A stretch of 56,633 nucleotides of DNA from Hyphomicrobiales bacterium (GCA_026989045.1 JALSJY010000172.1:1-56633); one strand, 5' to 3'. Shown: positions 8,644 through 17,966, numbered from the stretch's first letter. Notes: generated by a model from the letters alone, not told the origin. Made by a program: numbers and translations.

Positions 8644-9054
8644 TTATTGTGTTAATCTCTCTTTGGTTAGCTTTTTTATCTGTTTAAGCTCAGATATTGT
8701 TATTTTAAGGTCATTCATTTGCTCATTTAGTAGACCTAAGCGCTTATCTACCATTTCTAAGAGTTTTTCGACCTGAGCATGTTGGCTATTTCCACTATCA
8801 TAAAGAGATAGATATTCTTCAATTTCCTTTAGTGAGAAACCAAGTCTTTTGCCACGTAAAATAAGAATTAACCGCGCACGATCACGCCGATTAAATACTC
8901 GCGTGCTACCAGCACGAGCAGGATTTAACAAAGATTTACTCTCATAAAAACGAATAGTGCGAGTGGAAATCTCAAACTCTTTACTCAATTGTGCAATCGA
9001 GTAAATATCCTGCTCGTGCGCATTCTCCTGTGTTGTGTTTTGAAATTTATTCAT
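8644..9054 (-). CDS. MerR-family transcriptional regulator (LiuR-like)
   Basis: MerR HTH signature YSIAQLSKEFEISTRTIRFYESKSLL, followed by a coiled-coil dimerisation helix. The gene is translationally coupled to fadD by an ATGAATAA overlap. Confidence 0.8.
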   Translation of the reverse strand: MNKFQNTTQENAHEQDIYSIAQLSKEFEISTRTIRFYESKSLLNPARAGSTRVFNRRDRARLILILRGKRLGFSLKEIEEYLSLYDSGNSQHAQVEKLLEMVDKRLGLLNEQMNDLKITISELKQIKKLTKERLTQ

Positions 9055-10750
9055 TTAATTTAGCATATTCATCGCGCAATTCTTTTTTTGATAATTTTCC
9101 AACTAGAGTTTTAGGTAACTCGTCCTTAAAGAAAATTTCTCTAGGCATTTCAATTTTTGAAATATGTTCTTTTAAGAAGATTTTCATTTCATCTTCGCTA
9201 ACAGTTTTGCCAGATAACAGCTTAATGAAGGCTATTGGTGCTTCGCCTCGATATTCGTCCTTAACCCCAATGACCGTTACCTCATCAACTGCTTCATGCT
9301 TTGAAATTGCCTCTTCAATATGGCGCGGATAAACATTAAAGCCAGAACAAATGATTAAATCTTTTATGCGGTCTACTAAGAAACAATATCCGTCCTCATC
9401 AATATAACCCACATCGCCAGTTCTAAACCAGCCATTTACAAAAGCATTTTTGCTAGCTTCTTCTGCATTAAAATAGCCAAGCATAACTTGTGGCCCTTTA
9501 ACAACTAATTCACCGCGCTCGCCTTGTTTTACAAATTTTTTCTCATCTTCGAGATCAACAAATCTAACATCTGTTTTAGGAAGCGGCTGGCCAATTGAAA
9601 GAGGTTTCGAAGGCTCAAGCAATGCCGCGCAAGTCACAACTGGAGAGCATTCTGTTAAACCATACCCTTCGGCCAAAAGCACATCAGATTTTTTAGCAAA
9701 TGCAGCTCGGGTTTCATTCGGCAAAGCCGCCCCGCCAGAAATTACTAGCTTTAATGATGAAAGCAATTCGCTTGTAGCTTTAGGCTCATTTGCCATTGCT
9801 AGGGTAAGTGTGGGCACAGCTGGCAATATAGTTGGCCTTGTGCGCTTAAGCAGAGCAAGCATCATTTTCATTTCAAAGCGAGGTAACATAATCACTTGAG
9901 CGCCACGAGAAAGTGGCACATTCATGCAAACAGTCATCGCAAAAATATGGAAAAATGGCAAAACCGCAACAACTTTTGCAGGTGGTTCAAACACACCACA
10001 ACCCCAAAATTGAATCTGACTAAGATTGGCAGCAATATTTGCGTGACTAAGCATTGCCCCCTTTGGAATGCCAGTTGTGCCACCAGTATATTGCTGCACA
10101 GCTACATCCTTTTTTACATCAATATTTACTGGCTCTGGAGTAATATTTTTTTCAATCAAGTCTTCAAACGCGCTGATTTTATTTGCATTGGCTGATGATT
10201 GCCACTTTGACAATTCCTTGCCCTTTAAAAGCTTATATAGGATTTTTTTAGCGCCGCTAAGCACATTAGGAAAATGCCCAACAATAGTTTTTTTAATATC
10301 TCCACGCTCTATCAGCTTTTCAGCTTTTTCAAACACAACTTCAAGATCAACTGTGATCAGTAGGTCAGCGCCAGCATTGCCAATAATATGACTAAGCTCG
10401 TTTGTTGTATAAAGCGGATTGCAATTAACCACAGTGCCACCACAAAGCAAAATGGCATAATAAGCAACAGGAAAAAACGGTGTGTTAGGCAGTAAAATTG
10501 CGACGCGAGAGCCCTTTTTGATACCATAGTCTTTTTGTAACGCTCCCGCCATTGCTCTAATTTGTGAGCCTAATGAGGCATAGCTTGTTGTTGCTCCCAT
10601 GAAATCAAGCGCGATTTTTTCACCATGTTTATCACATGATGCCAAAATTGTTTCGTGAACGGGAGAGAGATCAAGCTCACTATCCCAAGATATTCCTTTT
10701 GGATAACTATTGATCCACGGTCGGTTTGTGTTCGTTGTTTTACTAGCCAT
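9047..10750 (-). CDS. fadD: Long-chain fatty-acid--CoA ligase (AMP-binding family)
   Basis: Contains YTGGTTGIPKGAMLSH, EGYGLTE and TGDVGYIDEDGY with a C-terminal GK motif. Confidence 0.85.
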   Translation of the reverse strand: MASKTTNTNRPWINSYPKGISWDSELDLSPVHETILASCDKHGEKIALDFMGATTSYASLGSQIRAMAGALQKDYGIKKGSRVAILLPNTPFFPVAYYAILLCGGTVVNCNPLYTTNELSHIIGNAGADLLITVDLEVVFEKAEKLIERGDIKKTIVGHFPNVLSGAKKILYKLLKGKELSKWQSSANANKISAFEDLIEKNITPEPVNIDVKKDVAVQQYTGGTTGIPKGAMLSHANIAANLSQIQFWGCGVFEPPAKVVAVLPFFHIFAMTVCMNVPLSRGAQVIMLPRFEMKMMLALLKRTRPTILPAVPTLTLAMANEPKATSELLSSLKLVISGGAALPNETRAAFAKKSDVLLAEGYGLTECSPVVTCAALLEPSKPLSIGQPLPKTDVRFVDLEDEKKFVKQGERGELVVKGPQVMLGYFNAEEASKNAFVNGWFRTGDVGYIDEDGYCFLVDRIKDLIICSGFNVYPRHIEEAISKHEAVDEVTVIGVKDEYRGEAPIAFIKLLSGKTVSEDEMKIFLKEHISKIEMPREIFFKDELPKTLVGKLSKKELRDEYAKLNE

Positions 10751-10792
10751 GATTTTCTCCCTTTAAACATTGTTATAAATATTATCACATCA

Positions 10793-10929
10793 AGTTACGT
10801 AAACGTCAATAAATTTACCTTAGGTCAATTAAAATTGCTCAGTGGTATATTTATAATTGAAATTTTATTTCACTTGGTTTATAACTGCTTTAGTTGACCT
10901 ATAGGTCAATCCATTGACGTATAGGTCTT
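10793..10929. promoter_or_regulatory. Four related palindromic sites (half-site A[C/G]GTCAA) in the fadD / fadE divergent promoter region
   Basis: AGTTACGT-AA-ACGTCAAT lies at 10793-10810. TTTACCT-T-AGGTCAA lies at 10814-10828. TTGACCT-AT-AGGTCAA lies at 10894-10909 and is a perfect 7+2+7 palindrome. TTGACGT-AT-AGGTCTT lies at 10914-10929. Within each pair the site centres are about 20 bp apart. Confidence 0.6.
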
Positions 10930-11016
10930 GCACTATACATCTGCACCATAAATAGGTTAGAGTATAAATAAAATGCTGTTTGCAAAATTTATTTAGCACA
11001 ACTGGAGGCCAGCAAA

Positions 11017-13647
11017 ATGACCCTTATAATTCTTATTCTCGCTATTGTAGCTTTTTTTGTCTTAGCTCTAAGGCAATCACCCCTTTGGCAGTGGGCGCTA
11101 GCTTTCTTTGTGCTTGGAATTTTATGTATATTAAATGGCGCAGGTTGGTTTTGGGCTTTGCTTCCAGCTGTAATAGTTGGCGCGCTTACCTTTAAATCAA
11201 TTCGCATGGTTGCGTTAACTAAATGGATTTTTGGCATAACCAAAAAAATGTTGCCCAAAGTTTCTGCAACTGAGCAAGAGGCGTTAGATGCTGGCACAGT
11301 TGGCTGGGACGCTGATTTATTTTCTGGTCGTCCAAAATGGGATAATCTTCTCAATATTCGCCCTGTAACTATAAGTGAAGAAGAGCAAGCATTTCTTGAT
11401 GGGCCTGCTGAGGAAGCCTGTAAAATGATTGATGATTGGGATACACGTAATAATCGTGCTGATCTCTCGCCAGAGCTTTGGCAATTTTTAAAAGATAAAG
11501 GCTTTTTAGGAATGTTAATTTCTAAAGACCATGGCGGTCTTGGTTTTTCAGCACAAGCTCAATCTAAGATAGTTTCAAAAATTGCTTCTCGCTCGGTTGC
11601 CGCTGGTATTACGGTTATGGTTCCCAACTCTCTTGGGCCAGGTGAATTGCTTGAAAAATATGGCACAGACGCACAAAAGAAAAAATATCTTAAACGTCTT
11701 GCTCAGGGCAAGGAAATTCCTTGTTTTGCACTAACGGGCCCCACCGCTGGCTCTGATGCGGCTGGCATGCCAGATGTTGGCGTGGTAACTTATGGCACAT
11801 ATAAAGGCAAAAAAACCCTTGGCGTGAGCCTATCTTGGGATAAACGCTATATCACTTTAGCGCCAGTTGCTAGTTTGCTAGGCCTAGCGGTTAACTTATT
11901 TGACCCAGATAATCACTTGGGCAAAGGTAAAAATGTTGGCATTACTTTGGCGCTTGTTCCTGCTGATTATCCTGGAGTTGAAATTGGTCTTCGTCATTAT
12001 CCCTCTCGCTCGGCCTTTATGAACGGGCCAACTAAGGGTAAAAATGTTTTTGTGCCGATGGAGTTTTTAATTGGTGGTGTTGATTATGCTGGTCAAGGCT
12101 GGCGTATGTTGATGGAATGTCTTTCAACTGGTCGTGCTATTTCATTACCTGCAATTGGCACAGTTTCTATTAAACATGCACTTCGCACCACTTCTGCTTA
12201 TGCCAGAATTCGCCGCCAGTTTAACATTCCAATTGGTTTGATGGAGGGTGTAGCTGAGCCGCTTAGCTCTTTGGTAAAAGATGCTTATATGTATGAAGCC
12301 TCACGTGGGTTAACCGCATCTATGGTTGATGAGGGTGAAAAGCCGTCGGTTATTTCAGCTCTGCTTAAATATCGCACTACTGAGGCTATGCGTGATAGAT
12401 ATAATGATGCAATGGATATTCATGGTGGGCGCGCAATTCAAGATGGGCCTTCAAATTATCTATTTTCTGGTTATGCCGCAACTCCAGTTGCCATTACGGT
12501 TGAGGGTGCAAATATTCTCACCAGAACTCTGATAACTTTTGCACAAGGCTCACTCCGTGCACACCCGTTTCTTTATGAAGAAATTCAGGCATTGCAAAAT
12601 GATGATAAAGAAGAGGGCTTAGATGATTTTGATAGAGCATTTGGTGGTCATACTAAATATATGCTGGGCAATATTGCAGGCTCTTTTTGGCATGCAATTA
12701 CTTTTAGCCGTTTTGCCACATCGCCAGTTGATCATGAGTTAGCTAAATATTATAAAAAATTACATCGTTACAGCCAGAGCTTTGCTTTAGTTGCTGATTG
12801 GATAGTTATTTATCTTGGTGGTGCAATTAAACGCAAGCAAATGCTTAGTGGTCGTATGGCTGATATATTATCGGATCTTTACCTTATGTCAGCAACGCTA
12901 AAACGCTTTGAAGATGATGGGCATAATAAAGATGATATACAGATTATCGCAGCCATTATGAAAGATAGAATAGCGGCGATTGAAAATAATTTTGTTGAAG
13001 TGTTCCGCAATATCCCAAATTTCTTATTACGCAATATTATGCGTGTTTTGGTGTTTCCATTGGGCGCACATGCGCATAGTGCTAGTGATAAAGAAAATGC
13101 AAGGCTAGCTCGTTTGGTTCTTTCACCAAGCGAATTACGAGATCGCCTAACTGATGGTGTGTATAAAACGCTTGATCCAAATGATAGGACAGGTGTGCTA
13201 GAAAATGCTTTGCTTAAAGTTGAAGCGGCCAAAGATATTGAAACTAAATTTTTAAAAGCGATTAAAAAAGGCACGCTTGTGCGCCGCCTTGATCGTGATA
13301 TTTTTGATGATGCGCTTAAAGCAGGTGTATTAAATGGTAATGAAGTTGAAATATTACGCGCCGCAGATGAAGCAACAAAACAGGTTGTTAAGGTTGATGA
13401 TTTTAAGCCAAGTGAATTGGGGCAGAATTATACCCCGCCGCTTAAAAAAGCAACTCGCAAGCCTGCTGCAAGCAAAAGCAAGCCTGCTGCAAGCAAAAGC
13501 AAGCCTGCTACGAATCAGAGCAAGGCTGTTGCAAAAGCCAGCACTCATGCTTTAGCTAAACAAAAGAAAAATGCTTTAGTTAAAACTAATGCTAAGTCAA
13601 CGGCAAAAGCTAAACCAAAAGCAAAAAAGCCAACAGTTAAAAAATAA
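11017..13647 (+). CDS. fadE: FadE-type long acyl-CoA dehydrogenase with a Lys/Ala/Pro-rich C-terminal tail
   Basis: Hydrophobic N-terminus. SLGPGELLEKYGTDAQKKKYLKRLAQGKEIPCFALTGPTAGSDA closely matches the E. coli FadE core. The last ~73 aa are low complexity (KPAASKSKPAASKSKPAT...AKAKPKAKKPTVKK). Confidence 0.88.
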   Translation: MTLIILILAIVAFFVLALRQSPLWQWALAFFVLGILCILNGAGWFWALLPAVIVGALTFKSIRMVALTKWIFGITKKMLPKVSATEQEALDAGTVGWDADLFSGRPKWDNLLNIRPVTISEEEQAFLDGPAEEACKMIDDWDTRNNRADLSPELWQFLKDKGFLGMLISKDHGGLGFSAQAQSKIVSKIASRSVAAGITVMVPNSLGPGELLEKYGTDAQKKKYLKRLAQGKEIPCFALTGPTAGSDAAGMPDVGVVTYGTYKGKKTLGVSLSWDKRYITLAPVASLLGLAVNLFDPDNHLGKGKNVGITLALVPADYPGVEIGLRHYPSRSAFMNGPTKGKNVFVPMEFLIGGVDYAGQGWRMLMECLSTGRAISLPAIGTVSIKHALRTTSAYARIRRQFNIPIGLMEGVAEPLSSLVKDAYMYEASRGLTASMVDEGEKPSVISALLKYRTTEAMRDRYNDAMDIHGGRAIQDGPSNYLFSGYAATPVAITVEGANILTRTLITFAQGSLRAHPFLYEEIQALQNDDKEEGLDDFDRAFGGHTKYMLGNIAGSFWHAITFSRFATSPVDHELAKYYKKLHRYSQSFALVADWIVIYLGGAIKRKQMLSGRMADILSDLYLMSATLKRFEDDGHNKDDIQIIAAIMKDRIAAIENNFVEVFRNIPNFLLRNIMRVLVFPLGAHAHSASDKENARLARLVLSPSELRDRLTDGVYKTLDPNDRTGVLENALLKVEAAKDIETKFLKAIKKGTLVRRLDRDIFDDALKAGVLNGNEVEILRAADEATKQVVKVDDFKPSELGQNYTPPLKKATRKPAASKSKPAASKSKPATNQSKAVAKASTHALAKQKKNALVKTNAKSTAKAKPKAKKPTVKK
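13458..13509 (+). repeat. In-frame 21-bp tandem repeat (about 2.5 copies) inside the fadE tail
   Basis: CAAGCCTGCTGCAAGCAAAAG occurs identically at 13458-13478 and 13479-13499. A partial third copy follows. The repeat encodes KPAASKS units. Confidence 0.9.
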
Positions 13648-13679
13648 ATAAATAATTGAATTAAAAGAGGGAAATAAAT

Positions 13680-15653
13680 ATGCCAAAACCAGTGCAACCA
13701 AAAATGCCAAAAACTAAATATTGGCATTTTGAAATTGATGTTGAAAAAATTGGCTGGCTAACTATTGATACGCCAAAGTCACCAGTTAATGTGCTGTCAA
13801 GTTTTGCAATGAATGAGTTGGAAACACTAGTTTCAAGATTTGAAGATTTAATAGCTTCTGATGAATTGGTCGGGGTAATTTTATTATCCAAAAAAGATAG
13901 TGGTTTTATTGCAGGGGCTGATATTACTGAATTTGACGAAATGACAAAAGCCTTGCCAGAATCGCTTGAAAAAGTGCATAGGCTTTTTGCTAGAATAGAA
14001 AAATTAAAAGCACCTTTTGTTGTCGGTATTCATGGATTTTGTCTTGGGGGTGGCCTAGAACTATCTCTAGCGGCTCATTATCGTATTGCGGTAAATGATG
14101 ATAAAACCCGCGTTGGCTTTCCTGAAATTAAGCTAGGCATTTTCCCTGGATTTGGCGGCACTGGCCGCTCAATTCGCCAAGCAGGGCCTGTTAATGCCAT
14201 GTCTATTATGCTTTCAGGAAAATATTTACGCGCAGGGGCTGCAAGGGGCATGAATTTAGTTGATAAATTAGTGCAAAATCGTGATCAATTGCGCTGGGAG
14301 GCTCGCAAAGCCGTTATTCAAAAACGTAAAAGCAAGCCTGCTCCTTTCCTAAAAGCTGTTTTAGCAAAATCGCCACTTCGTGGTTTGATTGTTAAAAAAA
14401 TGCGCGAGCAAGTAGGAAAAAAAGCCAACCCAAAACATTATCCAGCACCCTATGCTTTAATTGACCTGTTTGAAAAACATGGTGATGACTGGCGCGCAAT
14501 GATTAAGGGTGAGGCTGGCGGCTTTACTCCTATGATGAAGTCAAGCACATCAGAAAATTTACGTCGCCTATTCTTCCTTTCTGAGGGGTTAAAAAAACAA
14601 GGGCTTAGCGGCAAGGATAAACCAAAATTTGCTCGTGTTCATGTTATTGGTGGTGGTGTTATGGGTGGTGATATTGCTGCTTGGTGTGCTTTTCGAGGCA
14701 TGGCAGTAACTTTGCAAGATTTAGATATGGCACGAATTGAGCCAGCTTTAAAACGCGCAAAAAAATTATTTCAAAAACGCCTAAAAAAACCTCGTTTAGT
14801 TGCCGCAGCAATGAGCCGACTTGAGGCCGATGTTGATGGCAAGGGTATTAAACGTGCTGATGTGGTGATTGAGGCAGTAGTTGAAAATCTTAAAGTTAAA
14901 CAAGAGATTTTCAAAAATGCTGAAAAGCAAATGAAGCCAACTGCTATTATGGCGACAAATACCTCTTCGATTGAATTAGAAAAAATTGCTTCTTCTTTAA
15001 AAAATAAAAATCGTCTGATTGGGTTACATTTTTTCAACCCCGTTGCGCAATTGCCGTTAGTTGAAGTTATCCAATCAAAATATAACAAAGAAATTGACGT
15101 AAAAATGGGCGCAAGCTTTGCGCTCGCAATTGGTAAGTCTCCAGTTATCGTAAAAAGTGCCACTGGCTTTTTGGTTAATCGGGTGCTTATGCCTTATATG
15201 CTTGGTGCGGTTAATCGCGTTGAAGCGGGGGAGAGCAAAGAGCTTATTGATGCTGCAGCCGTTGCCTTTGGCATGCCAATGGGGCCAATTGAATTGATGG
15301 ATATGGTAGGACTTGATGTTGGTAAATCTGTAGCTGAGGAAGTTGGTTTTCCTGTAGCTGAGAATTCAAAATTTGCCACCCTAGTAAACGCTAAAAAACT
15401 TGGCCGAAAAACTGGCGAGGGTTTTTATGTTTGGGAAAAAGGCAAAGCCATTAAAGGTGAAGTGCCAAAGCATCAAGATTTAGAGGCTTTTGGGCGTGAA
15501 TTGGTTAAGCCATTGGTTGATGAAACTGAAAAAGTAGTTAAAGAAAAAATTGTAGCAAATAGCGATTTGGCTGATATTGGTGTGATTTTTGGAACAGGAT
15601 TTGCGCCATTCTTGGGCGGGCCATTAAAAGCTCGTAAAGATGGCAAAGCATAA
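13680..15653 (+). CDS. fadB: Fatty-acid oxidation multifunctional protein (enoyl-CoA hydratase / 3-hydroxyacyl-CoA dehydrogenase)
   Basis: Crotonase motifs GFIAGADI and GGGLELSLA. NAD-binding VIGGGVMGGDIA. 3HCDH C-terminal domain. Confidence 0.85.
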   Translation: MPKPVQPKMPKTKYWHFEIDVEKIGWLTIDTPKSPVNVLSSFAMNELETLVSRFEDLIASDELVGVILLSKKDSGFIAGADITEFDEMTKALPESLEKVHRLFARIEKLKAPFVVGIHGFCLGGGLELSLAAHYRIAVNDDKTRVGFPEIKLGIFPGFGGTGRSIRQAGPVNAMSIMLSGKYLRAGAARGMNLVDKLVQNRDQLRWEARKAVIQKRKSKPAPFLKAVLAKSPLRGLIVKKMREQVGKKANPKHYPAPYALIDLFEKHGDDWRAMIKGEAGGFTPMMKSSTSENLRRLFFLSEGLKKQGLSGKDKPKFARVHVIGGGVMGGDIAAWCAFRGMAVTLQDLDMARIEPALKRAKKLFQKRLKKPRLVAAAMSRLEADVDGKGIKRADVVIEAVVENLKVKQEIFKNAEKQMKPTAIMATNTSSIELEKIASSLKNKNRLIGLHFFNPVAQLPLVEVIQSKYNKEIDVKMGASFALAIGKSPVIVKSATGFLVNRVLMPYMLGAVNRVEAGESKELIDAAAVAFGMPMGPIELMDMVGLDVGKSVAEEVGFPVAENSKFATLVNAKKLGRKTGEGFYVWEKGKAIKGEVPKHQDLEAFGRELVKPLVDETEKVVKEKIVANSDLADIGVIFGTGFAPFLGGPLKARKDGKA

Positions 15654-15677
15654 TATTATAATAGGGATTGAAAAATA

Positions 15678-16961
15678 ATGGCAAAACAAATACGCAAAAT
15701 TGCAATAATCGGTGGCTCTAGAACACCATTTTGTCGCGCATATACTGGTTTTAGTGATGAAACAAATCTAAGCATGCTTTCAACCGCACTTGGGGGTTTG
15801 GCAGATAAATATGGCTTAAGAGGGCAAAAGATTGATGAGATAATGGCGGGTGCTGTTATCAATCATTCAAAGGATTTTAATCTGGCACGTGAGGCATTGC
15901 TTGATGCTGGGTTTTCACCTTTCACCCCCGGTACAACAATTCAAATAGCTTGCGGCACTAGCTTGCAAGCAGCACTTACATTAGGTGCAAAAATTGCCTC
16001 TGGTGAAATTGAAAGCGGTATTGCTGCAGGGGCAGATTCAATTTCTGATAGCCCAGTAGTATTTGGCAAAAAATTCGCCCACCGTATGATAAAACTTTCT
16101 CGCGCTCGCTCCTTTGGTGAGAAACTAGGCGTGTTCAAAGGGTTTTCTTTTGGTGAATTAACTCCAACTGCTCCATCGGTTAATGAGCCACGAACAAAAA
16201 TGTCTATGGGTCAACATTGTGAACTTATGGCGCGCGAGTGGGGCATTACACGCGAGGCACAAGATAAATTAGCCTTTGAAAGCCACATGAATGCAGCAAA
16301 GGCATATGATGATGGTTATCATGACGATTTGATTGTTCCATGTGCTGGCATTGTAAAAGACAATAATGTTCGCCCAGATTCAACCTTAGAAAAAATGGCA
16401 ACAATGAAGCCTGCCTTTGATAAAAAATCAGGCTTTGGCACCCTAACAGCGGCCAATTCTACTCCGCTTACCGATGGCGCTTCTGCAGTGCTTTTAGCAT
16501 CGGAAGAATGGGCAAAAGAGCGTGGTTTGCCTATTTTAGCTTATCTCACAATGGGATCGGTTGGGGCAAATAATTTTGGTCAAGGTGATGGCCTGTTAAT
16601 GGCACCAACTATTGCAGTTTCTGATATGTTAAAGCGTGCAGATTTAAGTTTTGCTGATATTGATCTGTTTGAGATTCACGAGGCATTTGCCGCCCAGGTT
16701 CTTTGCACGCTTAAAGCTTGGCAGGATAGAAAATATTGTAAAGATGTTTTGGGTCGTGACAAAGTAATGGGTAAAATTGATCCTAAGAAGATTAATATCA
16801 AAGGCTCATCGCTGGCCTATGGTCACCCATTTGCTGCAACTGGTGCGCGCATTCTCGCCAATACTGCAAAATTGCTTAACACTGAGAATAAAAACCGCGC
16901 CCTAATTTCAGTCTGCACTGCAGGCGGAATGGGAGTTGCGGCACTGGTTGAGAAGGCATAA
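15678..16961 (+). CDS. fadA: Acetyl-CoA C-acyltransferase (thiolase, FadA/FadI type)
   Basis: Active-site Cys context IQIACGTS. C-terminal GHPFAATGAR and CTAGGMG motifs. Confidence 0.88.
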   Translation: MAKQIRKIAIIGGSRTPFCRAYTGFSDETNLSMLSTALGGLADKYGLRGQKIDEIMAGAVINHSKDFNLAREALLDAGFSPFTPGTTIQIACGTSLQAALTLGAKIASGEIESGIAAGADSISDSPVVFGKKFAHRMIKLSRARSFGEKLGVFKGFSFGELTPTAPSVNEPRTKMSMGQHCELMAREWGITREAQDKLAFESHMNAAKAYDDGYHDDLIVPCAGIVKDNNVRPDSTLEKMATMKPAFDKKSGFGTLTAANSTPLTDGASAVLLASEEWAKERGLPILAYLTMGSVGANNFGQGDGLLMAPTIAVSDMLKRADLSFADIDLFEIHEAFAAQVLCTLKAWQDRKYCKDVLGRDKVMGKIDPKKINIKGSSLAYGHPFAATGARILANTAKLLNTENKNRALISVCTAGGMGVAALVEKA

Positions 16962-17000
16962 ATTAAATTTGCTTTTTCTGGTGACTAAACTGCATCTAAA

Positions 17001-17561
17001 TCAAAATAGCTCATCAACAAGATCAGCGGCGCTCTTGCCGCTGGTATCAACGGGGAATTCATCATCAAGGTCGGTTGACGAACGTCGATCTGCGCCTTTA
17101 TAGGTTGAGCTATCATGCCTTCTTCTATCTGGACCAATATAGCGGTTTGTTCTAATAAATTGGCGTGGCCTTTCTATCACCTCAACAAGGCGTAAATATA
17201 AATCATTTGCACAGAGCGGCTTTGATAAAAATTCGGTCACTCCTGCATCTCGCGCGGCTTCAATTCGCCATTTTTCAGTATAGGCAGATAGCATAATTAT
17301 TGGGACAAAACGGCTATGACTATCTTCTGCCCCGCGCACTAATTCAACAAATTCAACCCCATTAAGTGTTTCAAGTGCATAATCGGCAATTACTATATCA
17401 ATAACGTGAGAGTTTAATTCTTCCAGAGCAATTGCTCCATCATTAGCCTCTCGAATATTGGATATACCAAAGCCGCGTAACATGGCGCGAATAATTTTAA
17501 GCATATATTGGTTGCTGTCAGCCACTAAAATATTTAAGTCTGACATATTGATAATACGCAT
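17001..17561 (-). CDS. Single-domain CheY-like response regulator with an Arg-rich C-terminal extension
   Basis: Receiver motifs are VADSN, DIVIADYAL, MLSA and SKP. The C-terminus reads RPRQFIRTNRYIGPDRRRHDSSTYKGADRR. I chose the ATG at 17561 because GAGGT lies 5 nt upstream. The track ORF extends to 17594. Confidence 0.75.
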   Translation of the reverse strand: MRIINMSDLNILVADSNQYMLKIIRAMLRGFGISNIREANDGAIALEELNSHVIDIVIADYALETLNGVEFVELVRGAEDSHSRFVPIIMLSAYTEKWRIEAARDAGVTEFLSKPLCANDLYLRLVEVIERPRQFIRTNRYIGPDRRRHDSSTYKGADRRSSTDLDDEFPVDTSGKSAADLVDELF

Positions 17562-17666
17562 ATTTACCTCACTAAACGAGGTTAATTTTGTCAAAATAAA
17601 CCTTGTTCTTGGTAAAACAATAAGTAAGTGAGAATACTAGTTAAATAGCATACTAGTATAAGTAGC

Positions 17667-17713
17667 TTCTATGTTGACATGAACAAGACTTCTTATGTTG
17701 ACATGAACAAAAC
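17667..17713. repeat. Tandem 23/24-bp direct repeat, each copy containing TTGACA
   Basis: TTCTATGTTGACATGAACAAGAC lies at 17667-17689. TTCTTATGTTGACATGAACAAAAC lies at 17690-17713. Both fall in the response regulator / rpmJ intergenic region. Confidence 0.85.
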
Positions 17714-17777
17714 TTGCCACTAAGAAAAGCCTCAACAATTGCCATCTGCTCATAATTTTGACTATAAGGATATTAAA

Positions 17778-17903
17778 ATGAAGGTTCGTAATTCTCTAAA
17801 AGCTTTAATGGGCCGTCATCGCGACAATAAACTGGTTCGTCGTAGAGGCCGCGTTTACATTATCAATAAAGTAAATAAGCGTTTTAAAGCTCGCCAAGGT
17901 TAA
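17778..17903 (+). CDS. rpmJ: 50S ribosomal protein L36
   Basis: Below the ORF-track size cutoff. It translates to [41 protein letters not shown] (41 aa), the alphaproteobacterial L36 pattern. AAGGA lies 9 nt upstream. Confidence 0.9.
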   Translation: MKVRNSLKALMGRHRDNKLVRRRGRVYIINKVNKRFKARQG

Positions 17904-17938
17904 TTCTGTTAGGCTAGTTTTTAAAAAAAATTTATTAA

Positions 17939-17966
17939 ACCCGCCAGAAATGGGCGGGTTTTTTTA
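17939..17966. terminator. Bidirectional rho-independent terminator between rpmJ and pyk
   Basis: ACCCGCC (17939-17945) pairs with GGCGGGT (17953-17959). A T7 run follows on the plus strand and an A/T-rich tract follows on the minus strand. Confidence 0.8.

Noticed and set aside
13458-13509. Short tandem DNA repeats (also at 28206..28247) considered as a possible CRISPR array or VNTR locus.
   Set aside because: They have only 2-3 contiguous units with no spacers. They are in frame within clearly coding sequence and encode peptide repeats. This is not a CRISPR array.
12879-15163. Antisense ORFs inside fadE and fadB (12879..13274, 13354..13548, 13545..13727, 13661..13891 and 14771..15163).
   Set aside because: They sit opposite well-supported coding frames and are rich in Ser/Leu/Ala from reverse-frame codons. 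They have no start context, so they are typical shadow ORFs. The same reasoning applies to 29546..29941, 29996..30253, 50198..50572, 46384..46761 and similar entries.
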